64,000 nucleotides of DNA from Octopus bimaculoides (Eukaryota), in contig NC_068984.1 in assembly GCF_001194135.2 (NCBI RefSeq), forward strand, positions 85,527,073 through 85,591,072, written 5' to 3'. This document shows positions 11,241 to 24,414 of the stretch, piece by piece. Position numbers and translations under genes: made by a program. The notes under the pieces were generated by a model. That model made no database searches, had not been told where the DNA came from, and saw only the letters and a program-made list of their open reading frames with translations. Position 1 is the first letter of the stretch, and each line of letters starts with the position of its first letter.

Positions 11241-12529
11241 ATATATATATACGCACATGCATGTGTGTGTATACCATTGTTTTGACGTTAAAAGGAAAGA
11301 AGCAATGTAAAATATGTATCTTTTGTTTGTTTCAACCATTGGACTACAGCTTTGCTGGGATGCCACCTTAAAGAGTTGAATTGACCCAAATTCTTATTTT
11401 TAAACCTGGTACTTATTCTATAGGTGTCTTTGTCAGACTGCTAAGTTATGGTAACATAAACAAACCAAGACCACTTACTAAGCAGTGGTGAGGAAACACG
11501 TGTGTGTGTATGCACACACACAATGGGCTTTCACACAGTTTCCACCTGCCAGATCCATTCAGAAAGCATTAATCTGCATGAGGAATTGATCAAACACTTA
11601 ATAATCAAGGTGTCACTCAATGGGATTGAACCTGAATCTGCATGGTTGCAAACCAAGCTTCTTAACCACACAGCCATGTCAATGAAAACCTATATAAAAA
11701 TTTATAGATAGCCACATTAGTGCAAGTTTTATCTTTTGTCAATACAATTTCTTTAGGTGACCTCAGCTTATCTTAAAAGCCCACCCTTTCTTTTTACTTC
11801 TTGGTTAGTTATAAACTTAACTCACGCTATTCATTTTTACATAGTACTTTTGTGTTTAATCTCTGCTCCTTTGTATTTCTATTCTTTTCTCATACACATT
11901 TTATTATACGTTTTTATCTTTTACTTGTTTCAGTCATTAGACTGCAGCTATTCTGGGGCACCACATTGAAGAATTTTAGTCAAATAAATCAACTTCTGTA
12001 CTTATTAATCTTTTTGGTTTTATTTTTTAGCCTGGTACTTAAACTATTTTTGCTGAACCACTAAGTTACGAGGAGTTAAGCACACCAACACCTGTTGTCA
12101 AGCAATGGTGAGGGGCAAACAAACACACACACACACACACAATGGTCTTCTTTCAGTTTCCGGCTATTAAATCCATTAAAGAAATACTTTGGTTGGCCCA
12201 AAGCTATAGTAGAAGACACTTGCCTAAGGTACTATGTAGTATGAATGAACCCAGAACCATGTATTTGGGAAGCAAGCTTCTTACCACACAGCCACTTCAA
12301 ATAATTTTTTTACCTGAAAACACCAGTTTTTAATGTAGGTTTGATCCTACCTAAGTTTCCATTGTATGCTTTTGCTGATTTATATCTATGTATTTTAGTA
12401 CCATTGTGTAACACAATTGAAATGTAGTCTAGCACACTAGTGTTGCGCTGCACTTTATGGAGTAAAGTGCCCTGGGACAGTATGTGGTGCTGTGAGAAAG
12501 TACAGTTTGATTAGGTGTTTTTCTCTTTC

Positions 12530-13030
12530 ACCTTTTTCATCCTCGGTCATCAATATCATCATCATCATTTAACGTCTGTTGTCCGTGCTGGCATGGGCTG
12601 GAACGGTTTGACCAGAGCTGACAAGTTGGAGAGCTGCAGCTGGCTCCAATCTGATTTGACATGGTTTCTGCAGCTGGACACCCTTCCTAATGCCAACCAC
12701 TTTACAGAGGTTGCTGGGTGCTTTTACATTACACTGCATGAGTGCTGTTACATGGCACTGGCACAAGTGCTTTTTACATGGCACCTGCACAATACTTTTG
12801 CAGGCCAAACTCCTTCACTGAGGGGTGGCCTTAACATTTCTACTGTGGAGGACAGGTCTTCTTGAGTACAAGAAGGCACCAGGTATCTCACTCCTTTATC
12901 ATCTCATTTGAAAGGTTCAGCGACCAGAGGTCATCCTCCAGTACTTCGTCCCATATCTTCCTGGGTCTCCCTCTTTCATGTGTTCCATCTACTTTGAGAG
13001 ATCAGCACTTCCTTTATGGAGCTGTTGGCA
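12530..13030 (-). mobile_element. RTE-clade LINE 3' remnant with (GAT)n tail
   Basis: Decayed GRPRKIWDEVLEDDL motif; 3' UTR shared with copies at 49.7, 53.3 and 56.5 kb. Confidence 0.85.
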
Positions 13031-13987
13031 TCATCATTTATGTTGAGAAAAAAAGATGCAGACAAAATATTCAACTCACACTTTCAAGTACAATCAGCTT
13101 GTCAACTTCTCAGAAATCAATCAAATGTCCTCTCCAGTCTACCTGTCCCACCATTGTTCTCACACCTATACATATGGTGTGCATTGTGGTATAGTGCTGC
13201 CAAGTTTTTGACAAAAATCAACCTAATAATCTAGTTCTGAATCCTAGTTGAATTGTTTCTCTTATGCTGCAAGATATTGTTTCTCTCAGAAATCTCTTTC
13301 TCTGTCACACTCCCCAGTCTTCGTCTCTCTCTTTCTCTTCTACACACTCTCCCTATCTCTCTTTTTCTCTCTTTCTTTGTATCTTTCAAATACACCCATA
13401 GTTTCTGTTTCTCTCCCCCAAAACATTTCACAGTTTCTCTCTCTTTCTCCCATTTCTACTCAGTCTTTTTTCTTCCTCTGTTACTCCTATGTGCACACAC
13501 ACATTCTCTCAGTCTTCCTCCACATACACTGAAAATGTTAACTTGTTTTCAGATGATTACAAATTATTGTTCTATAAACCAAGCCAACTTAACAGAATTA
13601 ATTCTAATTTTTGTTAATTACTTATGTAACAATTTAATGTCTTCCTTGCCAAGTGGTTTTACTCTTGGCTTTTTAAATTATTCTTTGTGTTTTAGTTATT
13701 TCTTTTCAGTAACCTCCTTTTCCAAACTTTACTACAATTGTCTTGTCCTGTTTATAAAACTAACATAATAGAACTGACTTTACCTTTTTAGAAAATAAAT
13801 GATAAAAAAAATACTTTAATTATGGTGTATGAGATCAGACTTCCTTTTGAAATAATTTTCGCCTACCATAATTGTCATTATTTAAAAATGTTCTTGAAAA
13901 AACAATCTTGCTCATATTTCACTTCTGTCCTTAATTTTTTGCTCTGCCTTTGGACATTTTAAACGTTTCTTTTTTTTAGCTTATTAT

Positions 13988-14350
13988 TATTACCTCCGCC
14001 TTAGCAAAGGCAGAGGTATTGTTTTTCAGTTGTGTTTGTTTGTCTGTGGACAAGATATCTCAAGAACCACTGGATGGATTCAGATGAAACTTTCAGGGAT
14101 GTTTGACCCCGTGACAGGCACAAACTGATTAAATTTTGGGATCAATACGGTACCAGACAAGGATTCTGGATTATTCTGACTGTTTTATACTTAATTTTTG
14201 AGAGCGGTCGGGTTCACTTTTAGTATTTTCGTTTGTGAGAGCAGTCGAGTTTATTTCAGGTATTCTCATTTTAAAAATCATTTCTGGCTAATCATTGAGA
14301 GGACGTTGGTGTTGCCTTGGCAGAGGTTTGCGCTCTCTGAGTCTCTCTTT
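13988..14350 (+). mobile_element. Helentron-associated non-autonomous element (HINE/DINE-1-like)
   Basis: 5' hairpin TACCTCCGCCTT-agca-AAGGCAGAGGTA, GTTT/GTCT microsatellite, inverted 3' subTIR GGCAGAGGT (14319-14327), 3' gcgctctctgagt, T-rich insertion context. Confidence 0.75.
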
Positions 14351-14369
14351 GTTATTATTTTTATTATTA

Positions 14370-15260
14370 TTGCGGCAGCAAGCTGGCAAAATCATTGGCA
14401 CACTTTACAAGATGCTCAGTGACATTTTTTTTGGTTTTATGTTCTGAGTTCAAATTCCACTGGGCTTAACCTTGCCTTTCAATAAAATAACTAAAAGTTG
14501 ACTGGTAAAAACGAACATGCACAGACTAACCTACTCACATATGTACTCATGTATGTGTTTATGATGGACCTCTGTTTAGTTTCCAAATTATACACACAAG
14601 ATAGATAACTCAAGGTTATAGAAAAAGGCTACAGGGAACCACATGGTTGCAAAGTAACCTCCTTAATTACATGACTATACCATTTCTCTTTTACCTTTTT
14701 AGTATTCTGTTAAGAAATAAAAAGTAACAGATAGAATGGTAATAGAGTATAATTACTACGAGAGTTAGAGATTAAGGACTATTCGTTACCTTACTAATTT
14801 CCAATGTTTCTATAATCTTAAGATGGTGAGTTGGTAATCATTAACATGCCGGACAAAATGCTTAGTGGCATTTTATTCTGAGTTCAAATTACACCAAGGT
14901 CAACTTTGCCTTTCATCCTTTTAGGGTCAATAAAATAAGTACCAGTTGAGGACTAGAGTCGATGTTATCGATTTACCCCCTCCCTTGAAATTGCTGGCCT
15001 TGTGCCAAAATTTGAAACCAATTTTTCTATAGTCTTAAGGCAGCAAGCTGGCAGGGTTGTTAACACACCAGACAAAATGCCTGCCCAGTGGCATTTTGTC
15101 CATCTTTGTTCTGGATTCAAATTTTACTGAGGTCAACTTTGCCTTTCATTCTTTCGGCATTCATAAAATAAGGACCAGTTGAGTACTGGGAGTAAACGAA
15201 ATCGATTTCCTCCTCCCCTCAAAACTGCTGGCTTTGTGCCAAAATTTGAAACTAATCTAC
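14370..15260 (+). mobile_element. Three consecutive CpG-decayed family A SINEs
   Basis: Heads at ~14372, ~14818 and ~15036, each with ctgagttcaaatt...gaggtcaactttgcctttc. Confidence 0.8.
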
Positions 15261-16129
15261 AGTCTCCCTTTCTCTCTCTCTCTCTCTCTTACTGTTGGTG
15301 TTCCCTTCCTACCCCACCCCACCCGATACCAGCATTATTGTACTTGCCTCAGCCTGTCTGACTGAAGCAAGACAAGTATCAGTTCCTTTTTGTAGTTTTT
15401 AAAGATTAAGACTGAGATCTAAACATCTTATTGATTACTAAAATGAAGAAGAAGCAAGTTACTATAGTGGGAGTTATATTTGAAATGTCCAGGTTAGCTA
15501 AATTTATCCAACATTTTTGGCAGGTTGAAATTATGGATTGAAAAATTTGATAATAAACAAACAAGGAGACTTTTTGTTCTGTTTGTTGGTTTGTCTTCAA
15601 TTATATTCTTTGATTAAAATCACAGTAACTAATCAATCTGAATTCATTTAGGAAAAAATATCATCTTCCAAGAGATGTTTATGACTTTGGTGATTAATAT
15701 TGGCAGTTTTTAATGTTTCTTTTCTTTAATACAAAGTGCATGCATAGCTGTGTGGTAAGTTTGCTTCCCAATAGCAAGGTTTTGGGTTCAGTCCCACTGT
15801 GTGACACCTTGGGCAAGTGTCTTGTACTATAGCTCTGAGACAACTAAAACCTTGTAGATGGATTTGATAGACGGAAACTGAAAGAAGCCTGTCATATTGA
15901 CATTGTGTGATGGTTGTTAATGTCATGCATTTCCAATAACCTGCAAAAACATGTCTGGTCATGGGGAATATTATCTTGCTTGGAAACAAGGGTTGGTAAT
16001 AGGAAGGGCATCCAGCCATAAAAAAATTTGTCTCAATAAGGCTCCATCTGACCCATGTGAGTGGGCATTAAAATGACGATAAAATTGTCAGAGCAGTGCT
16101 TATGACCTTTGAATGTTATCCCAGTCTGG

Positions 16130-16430
16130 TGAGAATAAAGCAGTTGATGTTCAGTTTAAACATCAGCAGATTGGTATCTCTTTGAAGAAGAACATGAGAC
16201 CAGAGAAAGAATTCCAGAATGCTGTTCTTGTAAGGAAGAGGAATTAGGGATAGATGTTTTTGGTACACTGTGTAAGACATGGGATGTAAAAGTAATAATG
16301 ATAGCAATGGGAAATATTAATGTATGAGGTAGAACTGAATGCAGAAGATATGAAAATAGCTACTTCAGACAATCAGAAGCCAGTATAGATAGTAATGGGA
16401 GATGCAGTAGGAAGAAACTGTGTGTTGGTG
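16130..16430 (-). mobile_element. CR1/Jockey-group LINE 3' remnant
   Basis: Frameshifted match to a SFFPRTSxLWNSLPSHVFPxxYNLxxFKxNIN-type C-terminus. Confidence 0.6.
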
Positions 16431-17493
16431 ATTGAATCATAGTTCATCAGTAGGTTGGCCTTCATTTGGATTCAGTCTTGGAATTTGCAAATTGTGGGTG
16501 GTAAGGTTAGTCAATTATACCACCCTCAATACTTGAACAGTATGTAATTTTTATCAAATGTCAAAAATTGACCTCAGCAGTTATTGAACTTAGAGCATGC
16601 AGAAACACAACTAAATACCCCCAGACATTTTATCATGTGTATATGTATATATGTGTGTATGCATGTGTGTATTGGTGATCCTTATTGGTATTGGTGCCAC
16701 ATAAAAAGCACCTAGTACATGCTGTAAAGTAGTTGGCATTATGAAAGGTATCCACCTCTAGAAGCCATGCTAAAAGCAGACAATGGAACCTAGTGCAGGT
16801 CCCTGTCTTACCACCAGCTCCTTTCGAACCATCCAACCCTGCATGGAAAATGGACATCAAATGACGATGGTATTCACACACACACACATCTATGTAAGTG
16901 TGTGTGTTTGCATATGTATCTGTGATTGTTTACATCCTGCATGAAAGATGCAGTGGAACACATGATGAAGTTTGTCACTTCTCTCTCAACAAATCATAAG
17001 CTGATTCTTCACTTTCAAAGACATGTAATGTAAGAGATCTTTTACTTGAGAAACAAATGTTAGTGATAAGGAGAGCATTGTACTGTAAAATAGTGCCTCA
17101 ATAATATATATCCATCTAACCCATACATGTAAATTAATAAGTATACTCTTATGCTTCTTATACTAATTCACCCGTTTGGCTGTGATTATACACTTTTCAA
17201 AGTTATCTATATATTAGAGACAGATTCTGACAGAGAAACCTTATAGTTTTTGAATGAAGGAAATGTTAGCAAATACAGAATATTAGTAACCTTCATTGTC
17301 TAAATGCATTTAACAATGTGTGCCGTTTCTAAACATAAGTAACTCTTCATTTAGTCTTGAAAATAATTTCCTTCAAATGCTTCCCAATGTTTGGCACACA
17401 TGTAGCTTAGCTTGAAAGTTCTGCATAGTATGTCATACTGTCTTTAGGTATTGCTGTAATTTCTGAATGAATAGCATGTCTTGCTTGTTACAG

Positions 17494-17738
17494 AGTGGGT
17501 AAATCTCTTCAGAATCAAAGACCCATACGAACTGGCCGACTTATCCTCTACCCCATCGTCTGATTTAGCCTGGTTTCCATACAGCATACAGACTATCCTA
17601 ATTTACAAAACTTTATTAAATAATTTTCGTCTTGGTAGTCAAACACTATTGCTTTCCTCATACTATTTATTCTCTGTAATGTGGTCGGTATCAAGAACAT
17701 CCAACCATAGAAACCATACCAAAGTGAATGATGGACAG
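17494..17738 (+). other. Candidate exon, product unknown
   Basis: Acceptor ttgcttgttacag|A, donor GACAG|GTGAGA, one open frame (EWVNLFRIKDPYELADL...); several CpGs retained in a CpG-poor domain. No homology recognised. Confidence 0.2.
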
Positions 17739-18558
17739 GTGAGAAGTAGCCCTACAACCTTACATCCTGGAGAATAGTGGACTGAAAAACTGAATAAGAA
17801 CTGATTTGAATAATTACTATTTGTCCAGTGCAAGGATGATAATATGATGATAATAATTATGATATTCATTCATCAAACTTTATTTTTATTATTTTAGTGG
17901 AACAGTAGAATCCTAGAAAATTAGTGATGGCATGCTTCAGTAAGGCTACCAAAAACTCCAGTCCAAGACATCTGACTAATTCAACTAATTCTCTTTCTTA
18001 CAGCAAAACTAACTTATTCAACTTTATAAATTTTATACAATAATTTCTTGGAATAAAACTGGTATTTATGTCTCTCATACCTTTCTCAATGACAGGATTG
18101 TCATAGTTTTCAACAAATATAAATCTACATTGGTGATCAATTTTAGGAAAACTCATCTTCCACTTCCACTGATTGCTATCTTTTTTTTTATGACAACAAT
18201 GATTGCTCTGAAGTAGTACATAATTGCATTCAAGTTTGTAGTGAGTCATGAGGTATAGGAAATAGCTGTCCACTTACTATTGTAGCATTTATAGTAAAAG
18301 GATTGTTTTGTGTTTTGAGCAAGGGATTAACCCAAAATAACAAACTTCCAGATTTGTTGTCATTTCATTCTTTCACTGACATACCACTGAATGGGTAGAT
18401 TATAGTTGGCATTCGTGTGTGTATAGTTCATAGATGAGATCCAGATATTCTCCATATAAAATACACTTAGTAATGCTCAAGAGATTTAAATTTGAGCAGG
18501 TATAGAAGTAAATGTAGGGATAAACAAATTAGACAGATCAATATATAAAGTATATTAA

Positions 18559-19075
18559 CCCATTGCCTGCCATGGGCCCGATTTGGGGATCTGCTAAAAC
18601 CAGTCTCACTGCCGGTTGTTTGTTGTATTTAAAGTGCATTGCTTATGTACATTGCATTTGCAGAGATGTGTTTAACAATATTTAATGGTTAAAGTTTGTC
18701 ATTATTAGCTCTGGTTTATTCTAGAGGACATTTTATGTCATAAATTGCAATTTTTGAACTACAAAAATATTTACTGTTTTCAAATTTTTTTTTTTTTTTG
18801 CATTTTCCATCTATATCATTCATTAATATTTCATACATATTCGCATTTGATACTCTAGTTTTCAAAAAAACTAAAATGTTTATTATTGCAATTGAATAGA
18901 AAAGGATAGATATGCTTTTTTTTCAGCAATCTCCATTTGGGACTTTTTGAAAAATTTATCATAATTTCCAAAATAATTCACATATGAAGAAAATTTAAAT
19001 ATAATATATATTAACTCCTAAGACACCTGACAAAGCCAAAAAATATTAATAAAAAAATTTGGCAGTTAATTGGTT
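18559..19075. mobile_element. piggyBac-like MITE (degenerate right end)
   Basis: TTAA|CCCATTGCCTGCC at left; GGCAGTTAATTGG at ~19061; AT-rich interior. Confidence 0.45.
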
Positions 19076-19177
19076 GCATACATGAAATACAAATAATGTA
19101 TATACGTATACATATAAAAAGGTCCAATTTATGTGGAGTACAAATTATATAGAGAATTAAAGGGGTGAAGGAAAAAG

Positions 19178-19358
19178 ATTACAGATCCAACAGCTGTTTA
19201 AGGGTGCTCAGCAGTCCCTAATAGTGTTTGTAGATTGATTCCATCTCAAATGCAAGATCTCTTCTTTGAGGATAGAGGTTTGTCTCATCCTATGATGGAA
19301 TCAATCTACAAACATTATGGACCACGGAGCCCCCAGAAACAGTTGTTAGATTTGTAAT
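19178..19358. mobile_element. Fold-back palindromic element (~180 bp)
   Basis: Perfect 21-bp inverted repeat 19225-19245/19294-19314 inside longer imperfect arms ttacagatccaacagctgttt / aaacagttgttagatttgtaa. Confidence 0.8.
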
Positions 19359-19468
19359 TCTTTTCATGTTTTTTTTTGTATTTCATGTATTTAATATACT
19401 TTATATATTGATCTGTCTAATTTGCTTATCCCTACATTTACTTATATAAAAATATATGTATGTATACA

Positions 19469-19500
<32 letters not shown>

Positions 19501-19679
19501 AGAATATATATGTGTATATATATATATGAATATATATGNNNNNNNNNNNNNNNNNNNNNNNNNNNNNNNNNNNNNNNNNNNNNNNNNNNNNNNNNNNNNN
19601 NNNNNNNNNNNNNNNNNNNNNNNNNNNNNNNNNNNNNNNNNNNNNNNNTATATATATATATAATGTGTGTGTGTGTGAG

Positions 19680-19711
<32 letters not shown>

Positions 19712-19790
19712 CATACACGTGTATGTGTGTGTGTATATATATATATATATAATGTATGTGTGTGTGTGTGAGAGTATATATATATATATA

Positions 19791-19910
19791 TTTCCAAGTG
19801 GCTTTCCGTTTTCCTATATGTTCGTTCCGTTGTCTGTAGTTTATTGTTCTAACGTCCTGTACCCTGATATGCATGTATATACACATGTAGATGTAAGTAT
19901 GTACATATAT
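19791..19910 (+). mobile_element. Penelope-like repeat fragment, second copy at 48676-48795
   Basis: ~115-bp near-identical match ttccaagtggctttccgttttcct...gatgtaagtatgtacatat. Confidence 0.7.
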
Positions 19911-20279
19911 GTGTGTATACATGTATATATATTCTTTGTATTATATATATATATATATATATATACATACACGTGTATGTGTGTGTATATATGTGTGTAT
20001 ACATATGTATATGTGTGTACGTATGTGTATACATATGTGTCTGTGTATACATATCTGTGTGTGTATCTATATGTATATGTGAGTGGTTGTTTTTTTTTTG
20101 TTTGTTTTTTTTTCAACTTGCTGGTCCTGAAAGGAGCAGTACTGTCCATGTCCATAGCAGGCCTTTTGAGATTGGTGAAGTTGACAACATTAATGTTTTG
20201 TTTAAACCATTGACCAGCAATGATTTAAAGAAAAACATGAGCTCAGAGATGATTCCTAAGGGCTGACGTTTTTAGGAGA

Positions 20280-20760
20280 AAGAACTGGGCAGAGTGGTTT
20301 GTACAGGATTAAGAGTAGGATTCAACAAGACTGATGATAGACAGAAGGATGTGTGAACCAGGGGTGCAGGAGCAGTGGCAGTATGAGACAACTCTGCTCT
20401 TAGAAACAGAAGCCACTAAAATAGCAATAGAAGACAGGGGAGACAACATTGGCCAGAGGCTGGAACATGTCTATTAGTGACTGAATGTTGCTTGAGTGAC
20501 CCTTTTCTGGATGTGGAAATATTGCTCCCTCATCCAGGATGGTAGCAGCAGTATCATCCTGGACATGGGAGCAATATTTCTTTGTGGGCCTCATTTGTAC
20601 TTTGTAGAGTGTCAGTAGCTATTTGGGAAGTGATCCTTGATATGGTAAGGATATAGTTCTTGCTGTGAGAGAGATCTTCAGTGATAGTGAGGCCCAGCAT
20701 TTATAGTGACTGTATGTGTGAATTACTGCAGTAAGAAGCAGTACATCAGACTATTTGAGT
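20280..20760 (-). mobile_element. CR1/Jockey-group LINE RT C-terminal remnant
   Basis: MRPTKKYCSHVQDDTAATILD...SSNIQSL...NVVSPVFYCYFSGFC aligns to the family pattern IRPxMEYCSHIWDG...SNLQSLxxRRxVASLSxFYRYxxGxCS. Confidence 0.8.
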
Positions 20761-21364
20761 TCTATTCATATTACAGAACTGATCCAAGTGCTTTTTTTTT
20801 ATTATTTAAGTCCTTCTCCTAAAGCCACCCAAGAGTCAGGTTCAGCCAATTAAGTCTACCACACAAAAATATACTGGCTATCTGAAGGACTTCTGCATAT
20901 TTTCCATCTATCTTATTTGACTCGTTAGACTTGAGTCAGTCATCTGAAGACTATGAAAGAGACAATTACCTAAGGTAATTCACAGAAGAATTGAACCCTC
21001 AACCATTTAATCAGGCATTATGAAGTGAAATATCCAAAAATTTAAGAAACTGTATGTATGCATATATCAAGTTCCATATAATCAATACAAATTATACTTC
21101 CACTAATTTTTTTTTTTTTTCAAAATATATTTTTCTGTTAACTTCTTCTGTATTACTTTCCCACCAATTATCTTCTTTCTAGTCATTCAAAATTAAGTGA
21201 ACCTAATTAGCAAGAGAACAATAGAGAGTTCTGTGCTTTGTTCAACAACACAACACTCAACTGGAAGCAGGATTTTCCACTTAATAATCTTACCCACTAC
21301 CACACAGAAACAGTAAGAGATGATGATGATGCACGTGGGTGTGTGTGAATGTATATCATCTGCT

Positions 21365-21730
21365 TATGTCCATTTTCTATGTGGGCATAGGTTGGACAGT
21401 TTGACAGGAGCTGTCCAGACTCCAAATTGTCTGTTTTGGCATGTTTTTTTTACTGATGGATGCCCTTCCTAATGCCAACCACTTTACAGAGTGTACTGGG
21501 TGTTTTTTACCTGCTGCCAGCACAAGTGCACTTTTGCAGCACCAGCATGAGTGCATTTTGCATGGCACCAGCACCTGTGAAGGACAAGCCTGTAAGTATG
21601 GATGACCACAATTTTACTTAGCTTGATGTGTCTTTTCAAGTACAGCAAATCACCACAACTCCTGGTCTCTTGTCATTTCCTCAGTGAGACTCAGCATCTG
21701 AAGATCTTTTCTCACCACTTCATCCCGTAT
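21365..21730 (-). mobile_element. RTE-clade LINE 3' remnant
   Basis: Shared RTE 3' UTR (aatgccaaccactttacagagtgtactggg) plus decayed DEVVRKDL...DQEL coding tail. Confidence 0.75.
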
Positions 21731-22529
21731 ATATTATATCTTGTAGGTGAAAGATATTTTGACAAAAAAACTTGTGGTCTCTGATATGAAAGTATCTTGA
21801 TAGGCTGCCAGTTTTATGACGAAGTATCTTTCTCCTACAAGCGCTACCTTCTTCATCCTTTTGTCAAAACTATGAAGTGCATCCTCTATACCCCTGGGAC
21901 AGATGCTACCATTATGGGTAATTAAGGGATGACTCCTCGCTCCCCACACTTCCAGAACTCCTAAATTGGATACAGTTTAATGTCACATGGCTTAGTTGTT
22001 ATAGTATTGCACTCACGATTGTGAGATCGTGTGTTCAATTCCCAGACCAGGCATTGCATTGTGTTCTTGAGCAAAGCGCTTCATTTCACATTGCTCTGCA
22101 ATCATTTCAACACCTGACATGTGGCACCGAGTTGCACCTGTACAGGTAATGTCGATTTGATAGAGGGAGTGAGCTTATGTCTACACAAACATTTGATCAC
22201 TATAAACAAATCCTCTGTGTGGTTGTTTGGTAAGAAATTGTCACACCCTCATACACCGTCTAATGACGGGGGAGTCCATTATATATATATAATACACAAA
22301 CAATACACACTCACATATACACACATATATGCAGCCTTGCAGTGATGGCATAAAAGATACCTCAAGAAAATCCTTCCTTCAGCAGTACCGTGCTGAAGAA
22401 CTAGCCATGTCAAGGAAACATCAATGTACTTCCCCCAAACATGAGCCAATAACCTCACAAGGAAGATGCCCACCTTTATTCAGTTGAAATCCATCCCTAA
22501 ATCATGTACACCTGTTCTCGCCGATTTTG

Positions 22530-23170
22530 TTTGTTGTGTGTATGTGCGTGTGCGCGCGCGCTATTCTCGATTGTTACGACGTATATGCTAGCGAGTATTT
22601 TACGTGGGTATTTATCTGTCTGCATGTTCTATACTGTATGCGTATCCAAACCTAATGCAGGTACGCACTGACAAGCAACCATTCACCCACAAATTTAATT
22701 TGTCAACCCTTCTTCACCTTCGGACTTCAAACTACTTGCACAAACAAGGGACGGACAGTTAGGTGGTGGTAGTGGATGGTGGTACGATGATGATTGATGG
22801 TAGTGGTAATCATGCTAGCCATTTCCAGGTATCGGTGACCTGTACTCTCTGAACTCCTCTTGCCCACATACGTCCACTCCTGTCGAAAGAAAGTTGCCAA
22901 CCTCTCTCTCTCTGTATGCGTTCATGTCTTTCTATTGTTGTCTTTTTCATTCTCTTTCTTTCTGTCTATAATTTTCCTCGAACAATTTAAAATGAGACAT
23001 TTTTTTTTTCACTGTTGTTATTATTATTGTTGATTTGGTTTCAACCTGCACATTAAATGCACAAATAATTGCACATGACTGTCCAGTCGAAAAAATCACC
23101 GCTACCGCTTCTTCCAACACCTTTCTCCCTTTTCTCATACTGTCACTTTGTTCAGTCGTCTAAGCCACAG
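22530..23170. promoter_or_regulatory. CpG-retaining unique sequence at the edge of a CpG-depleted domain; possible promoter or 5' exon
   Basis: (GC)n run near 22550, many CpGs, minus donor GGAC|GTATGT at 22872 and plus donors CAG|GTACGC and CAG|GTATCG; strand unresolved. Confidence 0.3.
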
Positions 23171-23989
23171 ACACAGATGCATACAATTTTATATATTAAG
23201 ACACACACATACAGCTAATACGCATAGAGCGTTATATATTTATAACACACACTCATATACATAGATACACACACACAAACAGGTGCGTTCATATACGCAC
23301 ATATGTGCGTGTAAGACAGTTTATTTTTACTGCTAAGTCACCACGACATGATAGACACCTGTAAATTTGGAAACATTTCCTTAAAACAGTGCCGTGAACC
23401 CGAAATATTGTGGGACATAAAATTGATTGCTAGTACTACATAGCAAAAGAAAAATATTTTCTCTGTGACAAAAACACACTGATGAAACTGTCCGTGTGTG
23501 ATATATATATATATATATATATANNNNNNNNNNNNNNNNNNNNNNNNNNNNNNNNNNNNNNNNNNNNNNNNNNNNNNNNNNNNNNNNNNNNNNNNNNNNN
23601 NNNNNNNNNNNNNNNNNNNNNNNNNNNNNNNNNNNNNNNNNNNNNNNNNNNNNNNNNNNNNNNNNNNNNNNNNNNNNNNNNNNNNNNNNNNNNNNNNNNN
23701 NNNNNNNNNNNNNNNNNNNNNNNNNNNNNNNNNNNNNNNNNNNNNNNNNNNNNNNNNNNNNNNNNNNNNNNNNNNNNNNNNNNNNNNNNNNNNNNNNNNN
23801 NNNNNNNNNNNNNNNNNNNNNNNNNNNNNNNNNNNNNNNNNNNNNNNNNNNNNNNNNNNNNNNNNNNNNNNNNNNNNNNNNNNNNNNNNNNNNNNNNNNN
23901 NNNNNNNNNNNNNNNNNNNNNNNNNNNNNNNNNNNNNNNNNNNNNNNNNNNNNNNNNNNNNNNNNNNNNNNNNNNNNNNNNNNNNNNNN

Positions 23990-24031
<42 letters not shown>

Positions 24032-24414
24032 TTAAGAAGCGGGCTTAGCAGCCACATGGTTTCGGGTTCAGTCTCATTGTGCAGTACTTTGGGCAAGTGT
24101 CTTCTACTGTAGCTCCGAGCCGACCAATGTCTTTAAGTGAATTTGGTTGACGGAAACTATGTGACAGCCTGTTGCGCATGCGTATATGTATGTCTATATT
24201 TGTTCCCCGACTGGTGTTGGTTTGTTTACGTCATCCTATAACCTACCTGTTCGACTAAAGAGACAATAAGTCCCAAATTTTGAAAAAGTATTGAAGCAGA
24301 TTTTTGTGTGACGAAACCCTTCAAGGTGGTATTCCATCGTGACCGCACCGAACTGGGACATGTAAGCGACAAATGATATGTGTGTGTGTGTGTGTGTCAT
24401 GGCGATATCTGGGA

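Noticed and set aside
16435-16455. CTGATGA core on the minus strand
   Set aside because: No stem II or GAAA follows; not a hammerhead.
17500-17600. Mitochondrial insertion (cox2-like RLNQ...RP)
   Set aside because: No frame stays open under the invertebrate mitochondrial code and the similarity is only a few residues.
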